Shown: positions 26,443 to 32,000 of the stretch, piece after piece | How the letters are laid out: the number at the start of each line of letters is the position of its first letter | Position numbering within the stretch: position 1 is the first letter of the stretch | Source of the DNA: Candidatus Brocadia sp. | GTDB taxonomy: Bacteria > Planctomycetota > Brocadiia > Brocadiales > Brocadiaceae | Assembly (NCBI GenBank): GCA_021650915.1 | Contig: CP091279.1 | Coordinates: 540,001 to 572,000 of the forward strand | Direction of reading: 5' to 3' | Length of the DNA stretch: 32,000 nucleotides | The notes under the pieces: model-generated | The model's database searches: none | Seen by the model: the letters and a program-made list of their open reading frames with translations, nothing else | Told to the model about the DNA's origin: nothing | Program-made: the position numbers and the translations under genes

Positions 26443-27255
26443 CTATGAATTGCGGATCTGACAAAATTCCTCATAATCAATGAGTTCCCTGATCGTAGCC
26501 TTTTCACTGCATATCGGACAGACAGGATTTCTGTGTATCCGGACCTTTTTAAAGTCCATTGACAGGGAATCGTACATGAGCAATTTTCCCTTCAAAACCT
26601 CTCCTTTCCCCAGAATCAGCTTTACTACCTCTGTTGCCTGAATAGAGCCAATCACACCGGGCAATACCCCAAGGACTCCCGCCTCCTGGCACGAAGGCAC
26701 GAGGCCAGGGGGGGGAGGGATTTCGTAGAGACAACGGTAACAGGGACCCTCAAAGGGTATGATAGTCGTGACTTGCCCTTCAAACCGGAAAATGGATCCA
26801 TGAGAAAGCGGCTTTTTGAGGAAGACACAGGCGTCGTTCACAAGGTACCTTGTTGGAAAATTGTCAGTACCGTCAAGGATGACGTCATAGTCCTTAATGA
26901 TATCCATAATATTTCCTGAATTTAAACGGTCGGTATACGGGACTACCTCAATGTCGGGGTTTAAGGCCTCCAGCGTCTCCTTGGCGGAGAGCGCCTTGGA
27001 ACGGCCAACGTCGTTGGTGGAATGGAGGATTTGCCGTTGCAGATTCGAATGGTCCACGCAATCATTATCGGCAATGCCAATTTTTCCGATGCCTGCAGCG
27101 GCAAGATAAAATGCCGCCGGAGAACCCAAACCGCCTGCGCCTACCAAAAATACCTTTGCGCTAAAAAGCTTTTGCTGTCCCTTTCCACCAACCTCCGGAA
27201 GGATGATATGTCGTGAGTACCGCTTTATCTGCTCTTCTGTAAATGATAATGACAT
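26443..27255 (-). CDS. MoeB/ThiF-family E1-like adenylyltransferase
   Basis: Motifs: YSRHIILPEVGGKGQQKL, GAGGLGSP, and DNDCVDHSNLQRQ. Two CxxC zinc pairs are present (CYRC, CPIC). Confidence 0.9.
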   Translation of the reverse strand: MSLSFTEEQIKRYSRHIILPEVGGKGQQKLFSAKVFLVGAGGLGSPAAFYLAAAGIGKIGIADNDCVDHSNLQRQILHSTNDVGRSKALSAKETLEALNPDIEVVPYTDRLNSGNIMDIIKDYDVILDGTDNFPTRYLVNDACVFLKKPLSHGSIFRFEGQVTTIIPFEGPCYRCLYEIPPPPGLVPSCQEAGVLGVLPGVIGSIQATEVVKLILGKGEVLKGKLLMYDSLSMDFKKVRIHRNPVCPICSEKATIRELIDYEEFCQIRNS

Positions 27256-27397
27256 CGTATTCCCTTAATTAAGTTTGTAGTTACCAGAATTCCTGATCGT
27301 ATTCATAAACGGGGAAAAAACCTCGATCGAATCCCCTGGTGAGGGGGCAAAGAGGAAATAAAATATCCGAAACATAGAAATATTTTACACGGTAATA

Positions 27398-28429
27398 TTA
27401 TATCTGTACCACATTTATTTCTGATAGGTCGTCAACTCCCAGACCTAACGTAGCGGCGGTTGTAATATATTTTGGTTCCCGGTTTGCCTGTTTTAAAGAA
27501 GGAAGTTTTATCTCCTTTCGTTTTTCCTCAATGATGGTATGGCATATCCGGTCCATGGCCACAGGATCCTTGCTAACAATAATTCCGTTGAAATTCCACG
27601 TCCATTGCGGCTTATAACCGGGGCCTCCATGGTACTGGGCAAGAAGCGCATCACAAATGTTGAGACGCACCTTCTTCGCTAGGTAGGGATGGGTATTGAG
27701 CTCAGCAATAAAAGGGTTGCAATTGTTGCCGTGATATTTATTGGGATTGTGAATAACGCCAAAAAAATTCTTCATGGCAACGCTTATGCCAGCAAGATCG
27801 TGATCCTTCAGGACGGGAACGTTAACGATGGCTGTGCAGAGACGGGAGACAATTTTACTGAAACAGGTTCCCACGCTGCCAGCGAAAGCCGGTTCGGCCT
27901 CATAGCCGCCACCCGGAAGTTCATCCGTGCCGAAACATTGGATGCCTTCGGTCATGCGACGGACACGGAACCCTGCGGCTTCAAGCTCACGATTGAAACG
28001 TTCAAAGACAATAATATTTTTATCCTTCAATCCTGCCAACTTTAAACCGTTTATGATAGAGTCGACCACCTCAACATGGGGAGACATCGTCTTTCCTGAG
28101 AGGCAATTCAACTTTAAACCGACAATCTCATCCGGACGAAAGAGGGATTGCCATGCCTTTTCCGGTGATGGAGCGCTTGTCAATTGCATGACGGCCTTAT
28201 GGAGTAAAGAAGAAACCGTCTTCTCTCTTATCTTGCCAGTTGCGTCAAACAAATGGTCATCCCGTGCCATAATTACCGCGGATGGGATGGGCGCCACATC
28301 ATCTGCCCCCCACGCGACAGGGAAAGGATAATTCAGGAGATGTTTTCCCATAAAAGCAGCGGTGCAAGCGCCACTTCCCAGAGACAGCGCTTTTTTAAGA
28401 AAGAGCCTGCGTTCCTTGTTTATTTTCAT
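27398..28429 (-). CDS. DUF362 domain protein with twin-arginine (Tat) signal
   Basis: The N-terminus ERRLFLKKA matches the Tat consensus RRxFLK. DUF362-like blocks are IVGLKLN...HVEVVDSIINGLKLAG and VPVLKDHDLAGISVAMKNFFGVI. Confidence 0.7.
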   Translation of the reverse strand: MKINKERRLFLKKALSLGSGACTAAFMGKHLLNYPFPVAWGADDVAPIPSAVIMARDDHLFDATGKIREKTVSSLLHKAVMQLTSAPSPEKAWQSLFRPDEIVGLKLNCLSGKTMSPHVEVVDSIINGLKLAGLKDKNIIVFERFNRELEAAGFRVRRMTEGIQCFGTDELPGGGYEAEPAFAGSVGTCFSKIVSRLCTAIVNVPVLKDHDLAGISVAMKNFFGVIHNPNKYHGNNCNPFIAELNTHPYLAKKVRLNICDALLAQYHGGPGYKPQWTWNFNGIIVSKDPVAMDRICHTIIEEKRKEIKLPSLKQANREPKYITTAATLGLGVDDLSEINVVQI

Positions 28430-28496
28430 AGAAACTTATCATAGAGACAAACGATGAAATTGTCAATTAAATTAGGCCTTCTGCGACTCTCCCAAT

Positions 28497-28634
28497 GGAG
28501 AGCGGCGAGCCCTGTCTCCCTACAATAGCAACTTTGAGGTTCCTTAACATTGAATCAGGCCTTCGACAACTTTGTATCTGTCGGGAGACGCGGCTTGTCG
28601 CTCTGCAACCGCTGCTTTGAAATTCCTGCATATT
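28497..28634. repeat. two degenerate REP hairpins interleaved with CTTTGA(R)(R)TTCCT modules
   Basis: ggagagcggcgagccctgtctccctac (28497-28523) and gggagacgcggcttgtcgctctgc (28583-28606) are degenerate versions of the 22210 hairpin. The module gcaactttgaggttccttaacatt is at 28528-28551 and gctgctttgaaattcctgcatatt is at 28611-28634. Confidence 0.6.
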
Positions 28635-28742
28635 AAAATACCCTCTTGCAATACGCTACCTCTTGTGCTTTAATTAAACTGCAATAACCTGTATTTTGGG
28701 AAAGAGAAGGTATCTCTGTATTTATTTTGAGATTGTTTTCTT

Positions 28743-30401
28743 ATGAAAAATAAGGTAGTCCATTTCACGCGGATTTTCATTTTCCTCTTACTGGCCATCT
28801 TCATCGGGTGTACCACGGTAAAATATTATCCCGTTAATTTTATTGAATCGCTTCAACATCCTACAAAATTCCCGGAAGTCTTTTCATCTAACGTGCAAAA
28901 CATTGAGGAGATTGCCAGCAAAAATCCGCTGAGTGAAAATGAAGATATAAAGATTACGACTGTTGGTGAAAATAAAAATTCAAGCATGCATCTTATCCAG
29001 ATTCGTGAAAATGGAGAGTTGCTCCCGCATTACCATAAACGACACGATGAAGTTATCTATGTAAAAAAAGGGAGTGGCATTGCCACGCTTGATGGCACAC
29101 GATATCTGGTAAAGTCTGGATCTATCCTGCAAATTCCTGGTAAAACCGTGCATAAATTTATCAATACGGGTGATGAGCCATTTATTGCGGTATCGATCTT
29201 TTCTCCGCCCTTTGACGGAAGAGATGAAAAATTCATTAAGGGAAAAAAGAAGACGCCCAGGGGCAGAAAAGAAGAGAAAAGGCTTGCAACGAAAACACCG
29301 GAAAAGGAGTCTGAACAAGACCAGACGTCATCAGAGAAAGAAGTTGATGAGGAAGAAATCCAAACTACTGCGGCAAAATCACAGCGGGTTGCAGACAACA
29401 AACGAAAGGAATATCGTCCTGAAGAAATAATTTCGGCGACAGAAGAATCGTCTGCACTTTTCGACAAAAACAAAATAGCCGGAAAGAAAAGGCAGCCAAA
29501 GGAAACACCTTCTCCTGAAATGCCTTCAATCGATATCAAGGATCTGCATGAATCACTTACACGCTTATTGAATCTTAAAGAAGAAGGGACAATCTCCGCG
29601 GAAGAATATGAGGAAAAGAAAGATGCCCTTATGAAGGGCAATGACATTGGTGTACTTCCTGAATCAAAAGGATATGTAAAAAAGAAAATACCCCTGGAAG
29701 ACGAGGAAGTTATACCACCGCTGGTAAAGTCCGGATTTGTGGACAAAGATTTCTCTGACGAAACGCAGAACAGAATGACGGATACACCATCTGTATCTGG
29801 CGTAAAGGAACCCGTTGTGCATGAATATCCAACGCAAGGAGAGGAATTATCATCCGAAGACAAGCTCAAACTTTTGGAAGAAATGAAACAGGAAGGCTTG
29901 ATTACCGAGGAGGATTTTGAAAACAAGGAAAAAGAGTTATCCGGCACAATGAAAGAGAAAACAGAACCCGTGATGCCGAAAGGCATCTCTGAAGACGAAC
30001 GGATAGCAGAATTAAAAGAACTCTATGACGAGGGGCTTATAACAGAAGATGATTATAAGCATAAGCTGGAAGAGATTACCGATGGTCAACCGGGGAATGG
30101 TTTAACCGCCGGCGCTCCCCATGAGGAGGAAGGTGACTCCGCGCTATCTGACGGGACTCCTGACAACGAAAAAGTCAAAGATCTGAAAGAACTCTACGAC
30201 GACGGACTTATCACGGAAGAAGACTATCATTTCAAGCTGAAAGAACTTTTTGGTGAAGAAAAAAAGGGTTCCTCTCTCGGTTTTTTCCCTGAAAAGGGCT
30301 TAGAAAATGACAAACTCTCAGAATTAGAGGAAATGAAAAAAGAAGGACTTATTTCAGATGAGGACTATGAATTTAAAAAGTCGCAATTGCTAGACAATTA
30401 A
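28743..30401 (+). CDS. probable lipoprotein: cupin domain + long acidic linker + five SHOCT repeats
   Basis: Lipobox-like LAIFIGC. Cupin motifs are HYHKRHDEVIYVKKGSG...GSILQIPGKTVHKFINTG. Five copies of L.E(L/M)(K/Y).EGLI(T/S).E(D/E)(Y/F)..K(K/L)..L lie between nt 29541 and 30398. Confidence 0.75.
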   Translation: MKNKVVHFTRIFIFLLLAIFIGCTTVKYYPVNFIESLQHPTKFPEVFSSNVQNIEEIASKNPLSENEDIKITTVGENKNSSMHLIQIRENGELLPHYHKRHDEVIYVKKGSGIATLDGTRYLVKSGSILQIPGKTVHKFINTGDEPFIAVSIFSPPFDGRDEKFIKGKKKTPRGRKEEKRLATKTPEKESEQDQTSSEKEVDEEEIQTTAAKSQRVADNKRKEYRPEEIISATEESSALFDKNKIAGKKRQPKETPSPEMPSIDIKDLHESLTRLLNLKEEGTISAEEYEEKKDALMKGNDIGVLPESKGYVKKKIPLEDEEVIPPLVKSGFVDKDFSDETQNRMTDTPSVSGVKEPVVHEYPTQGEELSSEDKLKLLEEMKQEGLITEEDFENKEKELSGTMKEKTEPVMPKGISEDERIAELKELYDEGLITEDDYKHKLEEITDGQPGNGLTAGAPHEEEGDSALSDGTPDNEKVKDLKELYDDGLITEEDYHFKLKELFGEEKKGSSLGFFPEKGLENDKLSELEEMKKEGLISDEDYEFKKSQLLDN

Positions 30402-30864
30402 ACCCCCCAGCCCTGTTGCAATTCTCCAGTCAATAGTGCTCAATTTTCCCATACGCCTCCCTGCCGATTTCGAATTACCGCAATATCGTCCTTATCAAAA
30501 TTTGTTCTGGCACGTGTTTCGCTCTGTTTTTATTAACATTTCTTTATATGTTAAGACAATCGTAGAAACAGGGAATTTTCACTTGATATTTTCAGTTAAA
30601 TAAACTATATATATCCCAAAATATCAGTACGAAGCAACTGGTAGCCATAGATAAGACTCCAGTGCATTATAGACGCATGATGGTTATGGAACCAGAGGGA
30701 CGATGGAGATACCTTAACAAAAAGTGAAGAATATTTGGCTTAATGGCTGAAACTGTGCGCCAGTGAGAATTGTGAATAATTTGTTTATTTTACCGTAGAC
30801 ATTTAGAAACATCATGTGTTGACATCATACACCATTATTTTTGCAGGAAAAGGAGGGCAATCAG

Positions 30865-32000
30865 ATGGCAGTAAGAAGGGTTTTGGGTTTGTGCGTGGGG
30901 CTATGCCTTGGCCTTATAAGTATTGGAGCAATAGGGCACAGCTATGGCGCAGAAACCTTACAGCAGCAATCACTGGATCATGCGGTGTTTTCAATCACTG
31001 AAAACCAGGGTGATGCGCACGCGTGGTCATCGATAGAGCAGGCAGGAGGGATGGATGCCGAACGGCATACCCTTCTCCTTGCCAGCAACAGCGGAGAAAG
31101 TCAAACAACAGGCAAGGCAGAACCAGTTCCTGTTCAGGGGGGAGTTCATGGGGGAGGCGTTACGAAAGCCATGGAGGATTTTCTTGAATTGGCAAAATAC
31201 GGCAAGGCCATTCATGTCATGGCCATGCTGATGGTCGGTTTCGGATTTTTGATGGTTTTCGTGAAAAGGTATGGTTACGGCGCAGTCACGGCAACGTATG
31301 TTGCCGTAAGCATTGTTCTCCCGTATTACATGTTTCTCAAGAAAATGCATATTTTCGGAGAGCCTGCAGAATTAACCATGGATCGTTTGATCCTGGCTGA
31401 ATTTTGTGCTGCTAGTATCCTGATTGCTACCGGCGCTTTCCTGGGAAGATTAAAGATGTCCCAATACATTATTATGTCATTGATATTCGTCCCTTCGTAT
31501 ATGCTGAATGAATGGATTATGTTAGACAACGGCATGGGCCTTATCCCAAAGGGGCAGTTGATCGACACCGGCGGTTCCATTGTTATTCACCAGTTTGGTG
31601 CTTATTTTGGACTCGGTGTAATCGTCCGGATGACCACGAGTGAGGATTTTAACAAAAAAATCGAATCTGATAAGATCAGTAATCAATTCTCCATGCTGGG
31701 GAGTATGGTGCTGTGGATATTCTGGCCTTCCTTCTGTGCCGCGCCGGCAGAGATTTCCAAGATGCCAATGGCCGCAGTAAATACCGTCCTTTCGCTCTGT
31801 GGCGCAACCGTATCCACCTACATCGCAAGCACCATGATTCGGAAAAAAATTGCGATAGAAGATATGGCCAATGCAGCCCTTGCCGGTGGCGTTGCGATCG
31901 GTTCATCATGCGCCCATACCACGCCAAAAGCTTCTCTTGCGCTGGGTTTTATTGCCGGTATTTTGAGCGTCGTTGGTTTTGCCCTCATTCAACCAAGGAT
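30865..32000 (+). CDS. Rh-type (Rh50-like) ammonium/CO2 channel, 3' end outside window
   Basis: It is absent from the ORF track because no stop lies inside the window. ATG 30865 follows aaaggaggg. My translation shows HVMAMLMVGFGFLMVF, DTGGSIVIHQFGAYFGLG, and SMLGSMVLWIFWPSF, which are Rh-family signatures. An N-terminal signal-like segment and about 100 extra residues precede TM1. Confidence 0.85.
   Translation, partial: MAVRRVLGLCVGLCLGLISIGAIGHSYGAETLQQQSLDHAVFSITENQGDAHAWSSIEQAGGMDAERHTLLLASNSGESQTTGKAEPVPVQGGVHGGGVTKAMEDFLELAKYGKAIHVMAMLMVGFGFLMVFVKRYGYGAVTATYVAVSIVLPYYMFLKKMHIFGEPAELTMDRLILAEFCAASILIATGAFLGRLKMSQYIIMSLIFVPSYMLNEWIMLDNGMGLIPKGQLIDTGGSIVIHQFGAYFGLGVIVRMTTSEDFNKKIESDKISNQFSMLGSMVLWIFWPSFCAAPAEISKMPMAAVNTVLSLCGATVSTYIASTMIRKKIAIEDMANAALAGGVAIGSSCAHTTPKASLALGFIAGILSVVGFALIQPR

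Noticed and set aside
8015-28634. CRISPR array among the many repeats
   Set aside because: The repeats are palindromic, heterogeneous, irregularly spaced and scattered one to three per locus. There is no repeat-spacer periodicity and there are no cas genes.
29057-29986. 309-aa Ser/Phe-rich minus-strand ORF
   Set aside because: It is the antisense reading of the GAA/AAA/GAT-rich acidic linker of the cupin-SHOCT gene. It is a low-complexity artefact.
30816-31927. Track ORFs 30816-31001 (+), 31027-31350 (-), 31326-31580 (-) and 31676-31927 (-)
   Set aside because: All are overlapped by the open-ended Rh-channel frame starting at 30865, which carries clear family motifs.
1-32000. tRNA, rRNA or tmRNA genes in intergenic gaps
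   Set aside because: I saw no GTTCGAATC-type T-arm with matching acceptor stems and no rRNA-like conserved blocks in any gap. This was a visual scan only, so tRNAscan-SE or Infernal should confirm.

Overview
This is a 32-kb bacterial chromosomal window, moderately AT-rich and tightly packed, with many signal-peptide proteins. The gene content looks anaerobe-type (pentahaem cytochrome c, anaerobic-pathway cbiG/cbiH, Rh-type ammonium channel). A planctomycete or anammox-like host is only a weak guess that I cannot verify. Core genes, left to right: treY (5'-partial), recG, a long U32 peptidase, alpha-carbonic anhydrase, a TolB-propeller/M28/PDZ peptidase, a SYLF-domain protein, ettA, a comEA-like gene, a pentahaem cytochrome c, cbiG-cbiH, pyk, a secreted rhodanese, moeB/thiF, a Tat-signal DUF362 protein, a cupin plus 5x SHOCT lipoprotein, and an Rh-type channel (3'-partial). 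The main accessory feature is a stand-alone TIR / NB-ARC / TPR STAND NTPase, the same domain order as plant TNL receptors. It sits in a visibly GC-richer islet of about 3.3 kb between recG and the U32 peptidase gene. The islet is bounded by a MITE-like nested hairpin on one side and a patch of palindromic repeats on the other, and the TPR part of the gene is built from 126-bp tandem repeats at the DNA level. Other accessory content is one ISKra4/ISLre2-like insertion sequence whose transposase frame carries an in-frame TAA, a C-terminal remnant of an ArsB/NhaD-type permease, and several families of dispersed palindromic (REP-like) intergenic repeats. I found no rRNA, tRNA or CRISPR array. All functional calls rest on motif recognition by eye; no database search was run.
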